From IMG/VR virus record IMGVR_UViG_3300037537_001028: DNA of 20,000 nt; one strand, written 5' to 3'. The stretch comes from an uncultured virus (IMG/VR IMGVR_UViG_3300037537_001028). Taxonomy: Duplodnaviria > Heunggongvirae > Uroviricota > Caudoviricetes. This document shows positions 1-8,202 of the stretch, one piece after another (the stretch's first letter is position 1; each line of letters begins with the position of its first letter). The notes beneath the pieces are model-generated. The model saw only the letters and a list, made by a program, of their open reading frames with translations. It had not been told where the DNA came from and ran no database searches. The position numbers and the translations under genes are program-made.

Positions 1-1
1 C

Positions 2-1054
2 AATTTAAGTTTCGGCCAAGTTTCCCACTGTATCCTCAGAGAGGTTTACAGAAAGGGGCTTGAGCCGTCTCTTTTTCCTATAAACGAGGACGTTTCTTCG
101 TTCGATGTCGAGCCGGAGTTTCTACGGTGGCTTAAAAGTTGTATAGCTAAAGGGCCAAAATTTCACAAAAAAGAACATCCTGTTTTTATGCTATGGCACT
201 TGAATGCCTCAGCCTTAAATTCCGTATCATGCAAGCGGGTCTTATTTTCTTTTTACGAACTGGACGCTCCTACACCAGCAGAGGTCAACATTGCGGGTAA
301 TGCTGATCGACTAATTTTTTCAAGCAAGCATTCCGTAGATGTCTTTTCCAACTTTGGCCTAAAGTCTGACCTTGTCCCTCTCGGGTTTGACAAGCATCAC
401 TTTAAAAGATTAAATAAAAAATACTATGATGACAATAGAATAGTATTCAACCTTTGTGGCAAGCTAGAGAAAAGAAAAAGACACAGTAAAATTATAAAAG
501 CTTGGGCCAAGAAGTTCGGCAACGACAAAAAGTACCACCTACAATGCGCTGTCCACAATCCTTTCTTAAAAAAAGAAATGCCCTCTTTAATTAATAGGAT
601 ATTAGAGGGTAACCAGTATTTTAATATTCAGTTCTTAGACTTTATGGAAAAAAATTCTGTCTACAATGACTTTCTTAATTCCGGAGATATTGTAATAGGA
701 ATGTCTGGCGCTGAGGGATGGGGGTTGCCGGAGTTTCACTCGGTAGCGATAGGAAAACACTCAGTTATAATGAACGCTACAGGATATAAAGAGTGGGCGA
801 ACCCAGAAAACTCAACATTAATTGAACCTTCTGGTAAGATGCCGTCTGAAGACGGAGTTTTTTTTAAGCCCGGAGGCGAGTATAACCAAGGAAGGATCTT
901 TGATTTTGACGAGGAGTCTTTTATTGATGGCTGCGAAAAGGCCATCGAAAGGGTAGAATTTGACAAACTCAATTCGGCTGGACTTAAGCTTCAGGACGAG
1001 TTCACCTATGAAAAGACTACTAATAAAATCTTAGAATTTTTAGGCAATGCCTGA
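2..1054 (+). CDS. Glycosyltransferase, GT-B fold / GT4-like (5' partial)
   Basis: The frame is open from base 2 (NLSFGQVSHCILREV...) through the ORF-track Met at 188. It has the GT4 C-terminal motifs GKLEKRKR and AEGWGLPEFHS. Confidence 0.85.
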   Translation, partial: NLSFGQVSHCILREVYRKGLEPSLFPINEDVSSFDVEPEFLRWLKSCIAKGPKFHKKEHPVFMLWHLNASALNSVSCKRVLFSFYELDAPTPAEVNIAGNADRLIFSSKHSVDVFSNFGLKSDLVPLGFDKHHFKRLNKKYYDDNRIVFNLCGKLEKRKRHSKIIKAWAKKFGNDKKYHLQCAVHNPFLKKEMPSLINRILEGNQYFNIQFLDFMEKNSVYNDFLNSGDIVIGMSGAEGWGLPEFHSVAIGKHSVIMNATGYKEWANPENSTLIEPSGKMPSEDGVFFKPGGEYNQGRIFDFDEESFIDGCEKAIERVEFDKLNSAGLKLQDEFTYEKTTNKILEFLGNA

Positions 1055-1388
1055 GTATTTATTTGAAAACCCCGACACAGGAGAAGTAATATCCATAATT
1101 CAAGCTATAGACGAAGAGCACGCCTATTCTGAAAAAGGTAAGATCTTCAGCAGGGTCTTTACAGTTCCTAACGCTTCTATTGATAGCAACGTTGATCCAT
1201 TTTCTGCCCAGCAGTTTACAGAAAAAACTAAAAATATGAAAGGGACAATGGGGGACATATGGGATTACTCTGCAGAACTAAGCTCCAAAAGAAAAAAAGC
1301 CAACAACGGGGTAGACCCAGTTAGAGAAAAAGCAGAGAAGAAATACTCCAAAAAAAGACGAGGCATCAAGCATAAAGATAAGATGTGA
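1047..1388 (+). CDS. FmdB-like small protein (zinc-ribbon family, Cys-less variant)
   Basis: The N-terminus MPEYLFENPDTGE and downstream SRVFTVP match the MPxYxYxCxxCG...RxxS pattern of FmdB-type proteins, but without cysteines. The C-terminus is basic. Confidence 0.55.
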   Translation: MPEYLFENPDTGEVISIIQAIDEEHAYSEKGKIFSRVFTVPNASIDSNVDPFSAQQFTEKTKNMKGTMGDIWDYSAELSSKRKKANNGVDPVREKAEKKYSKKRRGIKHKDKM

Positions 1389-1389
1389 G

Positions 1390-1938
1390 GTGGCTAAACA
1401 AAGGACAAAAGATAATATCATAGATAATGTAGCAGTCAACTACATTTCTCACTTACTAAAGGTCGAAGAAAAAGTGGTCGAAAAGATCACAGACGAATAT
1501 GAGGATGCCCTTTTAGTCATCCAGCACGCTGCAAAGAAGCGTCTAAATAAAAAAAAGCTTCTAGAGCTACACCCTAAACTGTCCGCCTTATTGATGGTTT
1601 TCAAAGAGGGCTCCAAGGAAGGGTTAGATACTAAAGAATGTGAATTCCTATCTGGAGCTTTTTATAAATACTTTTTCTGTTTAAAAAATATAAAAAACAT
1701 ACCTTTTAAGACAGAGAAGCCTTCAGAAGAAGCATCTAAACTATGTTTAATTTTAATAATATTCTTTTCCGAAGCCGTGCAAAAATACTGCGACTCTGAC
1801 CCCTCGGTACCATCATATAAAGAATCTAGAGTTAAATACCTAGATTACATAGAGAAAGGCTTCAAGAGCAGCAATATTGATTTAAATTTGGATAAGGCCA
1901 TGAAAGCTCTTAAAACGATAAAGGATAAGTATTTATGA
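1390..1938 (+). CDS. Hypothetical protein (182 aa)
   Basis: GTG start 1 nt after the upstream stop; ATGA overlap with the next gene. No recognised motif. Confidence 0.7.
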   Translation: MAKQRTKDNIIDNVAVNYISHLLKVEEKVVEKITDEYEDALLVIQHAAKKRLNKKKLLELHPKLSALLMVFKEGSKEGLDTKECEFLSGAFYKYFFCLKNIKNIPFKTEKPSEEASKLCLILIIFFSEAVQKYCDSDPSVPSYKESRVKYLDYIEKGFKSSNIDLNLDKAMKALKTIKDKYL

Positions 1939-2702
1939 AAGATGTATTTTATATCCTAGCGTTATGTTTAGTGGTAGTAGGTGGTTGCGCCACTCCACTA
2001 GGTAAGTTTAACAAGAAGGAAGCAGTCGTTGAAAGCATCGAGAGAAAGCAGACTGAGAACACAAACCAGCAAGTTGAGAGCGGTAGGACTTTTGTATACG
2101 CAGCAGACCAAGCTCTTCAAAAAGACCCAGAGCCATCTAAACATTCCAGTGTCGCTAAATCAATGACCACTCGCAGTATAACAGCCCTAGGGCCACCTCA
2201 AGCAGCAAACGCGCTGAAATCTGACACCATGATCGCGGACCTTCTTTCAGAAGACCCGAAGATGGTAGAAAAAGGACAAGCGGAGCTAGCAGTAATGGAC
2301 AAGGAACTAATAGCTATACAGAACCGGAACAGGGTTTTAAGCAGTCAACTAAACACTGCGCAGGTACAGCTTAAAGCCGTCAACCAAAAGAACGCTCTTG
2401 CTGCCACTAAGTATTCTAGCCTAATGGGTAAAGTCTACTGGATAGTTGGAGTTGTTATATTTTTAGTAGTTTTATCAATTGGGTTGAAGATCGTTTCAGC
2501 AGTAGCCCCCTTCGCCATACCATCCAGAGGAGCTAGCTCCACTCTGCTGAAGGTTGTACAGGGCATACAAAAGGTCAGAGATCAACATATGGGAGAGAAA
2601 CCAGAGATGCTTAAGCAAATAGACGACCATCTCAGGGCTCATCTAGACAAGAAAGACAGATGGATGATAGCCCACGCCAAGCAAAAGCTGCACATGTTGT
2701 GA
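1935..2702 (+). CDS. Lipoprotein with coiled coil and C-terminal transmembrane helix (u-spanin-like topology)
   Basis: Signal peptide with lipobox VGG-C18. Heptad-like segment LAVMDKELIAIQNRNRVLSSQLNTAQVQL. Hydrophobic helix VYWIVGVVIFLVVLSIGL from about residue 167. Confidence 0.7.
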   Translation: MKDVFYILALCLVVVGGCATPLGKFNKKEAVVESIERKQTENTNQQVESGRTFVYAADQALQKDPEPSKHSSVAKSMTTRSITALGPPQAANALKSDTMIADLLSEDPKMVEKGQAELAVMDKELIAIQNRNRVLSSQLNTAQVQLKAVNQKNALAATKYSSLMGKVYWIVGVVIFLVVLSIGLKIVSAVAPFAIPSRGASSTLLKVVQGIQKVRDQHMGEKPEMLKQIDDHLRAHLDKKDRWMIAHAKQKLHML

Positions 2703-2780
2703 TAATTAGACAAAAACACGACTATCTCAACCAAATTACTGTATTTTAGAGAAACAAAAAAATAAAAAAAATAAAATATT

Positions 2781-3098
2781 ATGGCAGAAGAAGACACAAC
2801 AGCATGTAAAGCAGCAAAAACTGAGGTGACAGCAGCAGAAGGAATATTAGCAGCAGCGGTAGCAGCAGCAGCAGTAACAGCCGCAGCACTACCACCATTA
2901 GTAGCAGATAAAATAACAGTAGAAGTTGAAGTAGGAGTAGAACTAGGCCTTGACCCAGTTGCCGATGCACAGTTAAAAGTAGCAAGAGCAGCTCTAGCCG
3001 CAGCAACCACAGCAAATGCAAATGCAGACGCAGCAGTAGTAGTTGCAACAGCAGGAGCAGTTGCAGCTAAAACGGCAGAGACCGCAGCATGTAACTAG
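2781..3098 (+). CDS. Ala-rich low-complexity protein (105 aa)
   Basis: ATG follows an A-rich leader. Codons are strongly biased to GCA/GTA/ACA. 38 of 105 residues are Ala; there are no aromatic residues; Cys at positions 9 and 104. Confidence 0.75.
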   Translation: MAEEDTTACKAAKTEVTAAEGILAAAVAAAAVTAAALPPLVADKITVEVEVGVELGLDPVADAQLKVARAALAAATTANANADAAVVVATAGAVAAKTAETAACN

Positions 3099-3108
3099 AT
3101 ATTCTGCC

Positions 3109-3137
3109 TTGACAATTGATCATGTTCTTGTTATAAT
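3109..3137 (+). promoter_or_regulatory. Sigma70-type promoter, perfect consensus with extended -10
   Basis: TTGACA (3109-3114), 17-nt spacer, TATAAT (3132-3137), with TG at 3129-3130. ATG at 3147 lies 9 nt after the -10. Confidence 0.9.
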
Positions 3138-3149
3138 TACAAGAGCATG
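3121..3149. repeat. Imperfect 29-bp inverted repeat (candidate operator)
   Basis: CATGTTCTTGT-TATAATT-ACAAGAGCATG; the 11-bp arms are complementary at 10 of 11 positions. Confidence 0.6.
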
Positions 3150-4055
3150 GACAATAAAACAGTTAGGATTCCCTCTCCCTTTTGCATGAAGAGGGGCAAG
3201 AAAGACTTAGACCTTCTCTTAAAATCCCTGCAAACCAGAGCAGCAAGATACCCACTAACAGAGTCTGAGTCGAGCTCAGGACAAAGTGTCGTGGACATTC
3301 TTTACGATAAAGGTTGGTACAAGCTAGAGTCTTTATTTTCGGATAAGATCGACGTAATTGACAGCATCAAAGATAAGCTTGACTTTTATTTAGACAAAGG
3401 AGGGGAGCGCTGCAAGTACGGAGTACTTAAAGACATCAGCCCACCTCAGTCAGAAGCGCGAGAAAAAGAGCTTTTTATGAGCGTTACAAACCCTCTTTAT
3501 AACGTGCCAGAGATAGGAGATATACTATTTGACGATAGAATTGTCAATATAGCGAAGTGTTATTTTAAATGTATGCCAGCGATAGGAACATTAAACCTAA
3601 GAAAAAGCTTCGCCAACAATCTACCAGACGCTCAAACAACCCTGTTCCACTGCGATAGAAACTCCCCTTACATGCTTAAGTTCTTCCTGTATCTAGATGA
3701 TGTAGAAGAGATAGACGATGGGCCGTTTACCTATGTTGAAGGGTCTGCTTACGACAAGCCCATAGGATGGCTAGAGAACCATAGAGTTCCTGATAAGGAG
3801 ATAGAGAGAATCTACGGCAAGGAAAAGATAAAACCCCTTACTGCTAAAAAAGGAGACGTTCTAACAGCTATAACCACCGGGTATCATAAAGGCCAGAAAG
3901 TCGTATCCAAAGACAGGACAATGCTGACCCTGAACTTCGTTTGTGGTCCAGAAGATTGGAGCGCGGAATCGTATATAGACATCAAGCCAGAGACCTGCAG
4001 AAAAATAGGACAAAGAAACGAGCCTTTGATTGACTTTATGTATGTGGTCGAATAA
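3147..4055 (+). CDS. Fe(II)/2-oxoglutarate dioxygenase, PhyH-like (paralog 1)
   Basis: HxD in FHCDRN, FLYLDDV, GPFTYVEGS, distal His in GYHKG and Arg in KDRTML. Confidence 0.85.
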   Translation: MDNKTVRIPSPFCMKRGKKDLDLLLKSLQTRAARYPLTESESSSGQSVVDILYDKGWYKLESLFSDKIDVIDSIKDKLDFYLDKGGERCKYGVLKDISPPQSEAREKELFMSVTNPLYNVPEIGDILFDDRIVNIAKCYFKCMPAIGTLNLRKSFANNLPDAQTTLFHCDRNSPYMLKFFLYLDDVEEIDDGPFTYVEGSAYDKPIGWLENHRVPDKEIERIYGKEKIKPLTAKKGDVLTAITTGYHKGQKVVSKDRTMLTLNFVCGPEDWSAESYIDIKPETCRKIGQRNEPLIDFMYVVE

Positions 4056-4998
4056 TAAGCCAAAACTCCCGAACAGGAAGAACTGTGTATCCATTCGGCA
4101 GAACGGGACAATTTCTCACTTCAAAGAAGAAGACCTTAACCTTGTCTTAAGATGTATAGAGGACAGGAGGTCAAAGTACTACATACTCGACAAAGATATA
4201 GAAAAAGAAAAAGAGACAGTTGAAGAGCTTTACGAAAAAGGGTGGGTAAAAATAGAAGGAGGGTTAGATCACAAAATCGACGCTCTAAATAAAATAAGCG
4301 ATAAATTAAATTATTTTTTAGACGGCGGAGCTATGCCACTAAACAGTAACCTAGGCAGACAAGTAGGAGAAAACAACAACAAACTAAACCAAAAAGAAGC
4401 ACGGGACACAGAGCTATTCCTCTCTATACCCGAGCCGCTTTACAACATACCAGAAATAAGCGATATAATATTTGATAATAAACTAACGTCTATTGCTAAA
4501 AGTTTTTTTAAATGCGTGCCTGCCGTAGGAACCCTAAATCTAAGAAAAAGTTTTGCCAATAACCTAAATAGTGAAAACACAACTAAGTATCACACCGATC
4601 CTAACTCTCCTTATTTTTTCAAGGCTTTCGTATATCTAAAAGATGTTTTATCACCTGAGGACGGTCCGTTCACCTACGTAGAAAGCAGCGTAGACAAAAA
4701 ACCAAATAACCTATTAGAAAAGTACAGGTGGGAAGATGATGAAATAGAGGCCTTTTACGGAAAAGACAAAGTTAAACATCTAACAGGAAAGAAAGGAGAT
4801 ATAATAATAGCTATGACCAACGGCTTCCATAAAGGGCAGAAATGCACCAGTAAAGACAGAGAGCTACTCACTATTGACTATGTCTGTCACCCAGATAGCT
4901 GGAACACAAAACAACAGATGAGTATAAAGAGAGAAACTTTTGATAATCTAGCTTTAAACGATATCGCGTTAGCTGACTTTTTATATGTAAAGGAATGA
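4042..4998 (+). CDS. Fe(II)/2-oxoglutarate dioxygenase, PhyH-like (paralog 2)
   Basis: YHTDPN, FVYLKDV, GPFTYVESS, GFHKG and KDRELL. Shares GTLNLRKSFANNL with the upstream gene. ATG 4042 is preferred to TTG 4030. Confidence 0.85.
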   Translation: MWSNNKPKLPNRKNCVSIRQNGTISHFKEEDLNLVLRCIEDRRSKYYILDKDIEKEKETVEELYEKGWVKIEGGLDHKIDALNKISDKLNYFLDGGAMPLNSNLGRQVGENNNKLNQKEARDTELFLSIPEPLYNIPEISDIIFDNKLTSIAKSFFKCVPAVGTLNLRKSFANNLNSENTTKYHTDPNSPYFFKAFVYLKDVLSPEDGPFTYVESSVDKKPNNLLEKYRWEDDEIEAFYGKDKVKHLTGKKGDIIIAMTNGFHKGQKCTSKDRELLTIDYVCHPDSWNTKQQMSIKRETFDNLALNDIALADFLYVKE

Positions 4999-5651
4999 AA
5001 ATAGAAAGTTTATACAATTCACAGCAAGGGCGAGACTGTTATATTCTAGCCTGTGGCCCCTCTTTATCCAAGTACGACAACCAAGAAATAAGAAGCGAAC
5101 TTAAGACTAACTTAGTTTTCTCTATCAAACAGGCTTACGACAAATTTAAAGAAGAGACAGACTTTCATTTCTGGAACTGCTCTAACCTACCTTTAGACTA
5201 CATGAATATACCATATAGGTACGTGGACCATAGGCCAGAGGTTGTTGTAGCAAGCAGCAACTACCCCAGAGGCCAAAGGTGGAACCTAGACCAAGACTTT
5301 GATTTATTTTTTCAGGTACCTCTAATAGAACAAATAGGAGGCAAAGACAACACCTTGGCTGTTAAAAGAAATTACGATGATTTTCTACTAGAAAAGACAG
5401 GCGAGAACAGACAGACAGGCCCCGGCATTATGCTAGAGAGCGTTTTGCATACCGCTATTCATGTAGGAGTGAGATCAATAACCACAATAGGATGGGACTT
5501 AGATAAACACGGAAGCCACTTCTACAAAGAAGGAGACGTAGACAATAAAGGTTGCGAGATACCTTGGGATATAATTTTAAATGCAAAAGCGGTACCAAGC
5601 ATAAAAGATTGGATGAAAAGTAAGAATATAAATTTAAACATTTTGTCATGA
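4995..5651 (+). CDS. Maf/MptE-like (DUF115) / GT42-like putative nonulosonate transferase 1
   Basis: CYILACGPSL at the N-terminus; AIHVGVRSITTIGWDL...SHFY at the C-terminus. Both are typical of Maf/CstII-like Rossmann domains. Confidence 0.65.
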   Translation: MKIESLYNSQQGRDCYILACGPSLSKYDNQEIRSELKTNLVFSIKQAYDKFKEETDFHFWNCSNLPLDYMNIPYRYVDHRPEVVVASSNYPRGQRWNLDQDFDLFFQVPLIEQIGGKDNTLAVKRNYDDFLLEKTGENRQTGPGIMLESVLHTAIHVGVRSITTIGWDLDKHGSHFYKEGDVDNKGCEIPWDIILNAKAVPSIKDWMKSKNINLNILS

Positions 5652-6484
5652 AGAAAACATATATTATAGCAGAGATAGGAATAAACCATAACGGATGTCT
5701 GGATACAGCTAAAAGGTTGATTGATATAGCTGCCGCTTCTGGATGCGACGCAGTTAAATTTCAAAAAAGAAACCCTGACGTATGTGTGCCTGAGCACCAG
5801 AAAAGTGTAGTGCGAGACACCCCTTGGGGCAGAATGACGTACTTGGAATATAAACATAAAGTAGAGTTCTGGGAAAAGGAATACGACATTATTGACAAGT
5901 ATTGCAAGCAGCAGGGTATAGCTTGGAGTGCTTCGCCTTGGGACTTAGACAGCTTAGAGTTTTTACTTCGGTACGACGTCCCCTTTATTAAGATTCCCTC
6001 TGCCATGCTAACCAACCTTGAGCTAATAAAAGCCTCTGTCAAAAGCGGCAAGAAGGTGATTTTATCCACGGGGATGAGCACAGAAGAAGAGATACATGAA
6101 GCAATCTGTGTTCTTGAACCGGGGCCTGAGATGTACGACTACGCCATACTACATTGCAACTCAACTTACCCTGCACCCATAGATGAATTAAATTTATCTT
6201 GCATTAAGACAATGAAAGAAAAATACGCTTGCGAAGTTGGCTATAGTGGTCATGAATTCAGGCTAGGAACTTCTGTAGCCGCTGTTTATCTTGGAGCTAC
6301 TATTATAGAAAGGCACATAACTTTAGATAGAACAATGTGGGGGTCAGACCATCTTAGCTCTTTAGAGCCACAAGGTTTATTTAAATTAGTCAGCGGAATA
6401 AGAGAACTAGAGCAAGCGTTTGGTGACGGAAAAATCAAGATTGCTGAATCAGAAAAATCAGCTAGAGAAAAACTTAGAGGATAA
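5648..6484 (+). CDS. neuB: N-acetylneuraminate/nonulosonate synthase family, short form without SAF domain
   Basis: IIAEIGINHNG, DAVKFQKR, KIPSA, ILSTGMST, LHCNSTYP, GYSGHE and IERHITLDR. Confidence 0.95.
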   Translation: MKKTYIIAEIGINHNGCLDTAKRLIDIAAASGCDAVKFQKRNPDVCVPEHQKSVVRDTPWGRMTYLEYKHKVEFWEKEYDIIDKYCKQQGIAWSASPWDLDSLEFLLRYDVPFIKIPSAMLTNLELIKASVKSGKKVILSTGMSTEEEIHEAICVLEPGPEMYDYAILHCNSTYPAPIDELNLSCIKTMKEKYACEVGYSGHEFRLGTSVAAVYLGATIIERHITLDRTMWGSDHLSSLEPQGLFKLVSGIRELEQAFGDGKIKIAESEKSAREKLRG

Positions 6485-6485
6485 A

Positions 6486-6794
6486 ATGTGCCCGCTTTGT
6501 GAACTAAAAACAGTTCTTCATACTTATGACGACTCTGATCCTAGATGGATCATTATGGACTGCATGAGCTGTATTCTCCCTATGGCGGTTTGGAAGGGAG
6601 AGCCTTTGCACACCATGGATGTCTCCGAAAAGGACGCAACCGACATGCAAAACGCCCTAGAGAGAGTCGGAGAGATAAAATTCGGAAAAGAAAAGTTTTA
6701 TATCGATAAAATCCAAAGGGAAGTCCCCGACCACCTACATTGGCACGCACGGCCGAACAGGTTCTCTGAATACTATTATGAAATATGGCACTAG
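6486..6794 (+). CDS. HIT-family protein
   Basis: N-terminal CPLC and C-terminal histidine triad HLHWH. ATG 6486 just after the neuB stop is preferred to 6420. Confidence 0.7.
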   Translation: MCPLCELKTVLHTYDDSDPRWIIMDCMSCILPMAVWKGEPLHTMDVSEKDATDMQNALERVGEIKFGKEKFYIDKIQREVPDHLHWHARPNRFSEYYYEIWH

Positions 6795-7519
6795 CGATTA
6801 AAGAAAACGAATTCATGGACAGCTGTTTTCAGCATGACCGAGCTACAGAACCATTCCCGCAATGGGTAGTGCGAGACTTTCGCTCTAGCTTTAAAAAATT
6901 TTGTAAGTCAGTTAAAGCAAATAACGAAATTGTATATTCTGATTTAGACCACTTTAATAAATATAAAGATAAGATAGTATTAATAATCGGCGGAGGACCG
7001 TCAACTAATAGACTTGACTATGATACTATAGAAAGAGATTTCACATGGTCTTGTAATCACTTCTATTTAAACCCCAAGCTCTCTTCAATCAAAATAGATG
7101 TAGCAATGTTCATGGGGGAACCTGACCTAAAATCCAAGGAGTTCATCGAATACAGAGAGAGGTTTCAGCCATACTCAGGGTTCGAGGTACATGACCGTTG
7201 GTTTGAATATGAGTTTGACGATTATGAAAAATATTTTGCTATGCACACGAGGTTCTATAGCAGGCTTGGCGCTTGCGTCAGAATGATTCTATTCGCCTCT
7301 TTCCTAGGATGCAAAACGGTAAAGTTTGTGGGCCTTGACGGTTACGACCCCATTTACAAAGGAGATCATGCCCATGAGCCCGGGAAAAAACTGTTACCAG
7401 CTGTTTTCTCGGAAGAGTTTTACGACTCCGAATATAAATATTTTTGGGAATACACAAAAGAACACTTCCCTGATACTGAATTCATCAACCTAGGAGATGG
7501 ACAAAAATTTCACAAATGA
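6785..7519 (+). CDS. Maf/GT42-like putative nonulosonate transferase 2
   Basis: VLIIGGGPST, WSCNHFY and ASFLGCKTVKFVGLDGY resemble CstII/GT42 sialyltransferase motifs. Confidence 0.7.
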   Translation: MALAIKENEFMDSCFQHDRATEPFPQWVVRDFRSSFKKFCKSVKANNEIVYSDLDHFNKYKDKIVLIIGGGPSTNRLDYDTIERDFTWSCNHFYLNPKLSSIKIDVAMFMGEPDLKSKEFIEYRERFQPYSGFEVHDRWFEYEFDDYEKYFAMHTRFYSRLGACVRMILFASFLGCKTVKFVGLDGYDPIYKGDHAHEPGKKLLPAVFSEEFYDSEYKYFWEYTKEHFPDTEFINLGDGQKFHK

Positions 7520-8202
7520 AAGATATAAAAGATATAGTTTTCGTAATACAGGCTAGGCTTGGCTCTCAGAGAGTCCCTCAAAAGATGATTAAAAGTTTTT
7601 GCGGAACCAATCTGTTAGACATAGCTTTAGATAAGATGTCATTTTCGAAAATCCCAAGCTCTCAATTTTTCGTCTCCGCCTATGAAGACGACCTTAAGTC
7701 TATTTGCCACAGGAAAGATGTAAATATTTTTCACAGATCTAAAGAGTCTGCTGACTCAGAGGGTACGCCCATGAGCCTCATGTACGAGTGGTGGAATAAG
7801 CTGCCGTTTAAATATTGCGTCTTAATAAACGCCTGCGCTCCTTTCATGAAAGCAGAGACAATAGAACGCTTTACTGAAGCTTACGTGAACTCAGATTCAG
7901 AAGGCATGTTCGGGGTAATGGAAAAAAAGAACTACTTTTGGAATAAAGACTCTAAACTAATATCGCCTTGGCCAGAAGGACAAGCTGTCATGAACACCAA
8001 GTTTGTGGAAGAAACATATGAGGCGGCGCACTGCTTATATGCTGGGAGAATGGATAAAATAGGAGAAGGTATTTGGATGGGGGACTTTAATAAACCGGGA
8101 GACATAGAACTTTTTCCAATGAAAGAGGAAGAGTGTCTGGATATAGATTACCAATGGCAATTTGATATGTGCGAAGCCCTTTACGGTTCAGGAGTAAGAT
8201 AA
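7516..8202 (+). CDS. neuA: Acylneuraminate cytidylyltransferase (CMP-nonulosonate synthetase)
   Basis: IQARLGSQRVPQKMIK P-loop, NACAPF and C-terminal LDIDYQWQF. Confidence 0.9.
   Translation: MKDIKDIVFVIQARLGSQRVPQKMIKSFCGTNLLDIALDKMSFSKIPSSQFFVSAYEDDLKSICHRKDVNIFHRSKESADSEGTPMSLMYEWWNKLPFKYCVLINACAPFMKAETIERFTEAYVNSDSEGMFGVMEKKNYFWNKDSKLISPWPEGQAVMNTKFVEETYEAAHCLYAGRMDKIGEGIWMGDFNKPGDIELFPMKEEECLDIDYQWQFDMCEALYGSGVR

Noticed and set aside
2703..2780. Promoter or terminator in the intergenic region before the Ala-rich gene
   Set aside because: TAGACA at 2707 has no -10 at the proper spacing, and there is no GC hairpin with a U-tract. A phage late promoter is possible but cannot be defined from one instance.
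2639..3048. Minus-strand ORFs 2639..3010 and 2779..3048 (poly-Ala/poly-Leu)
   Set aside because: These are shadows of the GCA-rich plus-strand gene. They oppose the uniform gene orientation and have no expression signals.
2800..3090. GCAGCA tandem runs as a repeat array or CRISPR
   Set aside because: They are explained by Ala codons; there is no constant repeat with unique spacers.
3147..4998. Dioxygenases as TET/JBP DNA-hypermodification enzymes
   Set aside because: The motifs are PhyH-like (YLxDV, GPFxYVxGS), and no DNA methyltransferase or nucleotide-modification gene is adjacent. Not excluded, but unsupported.
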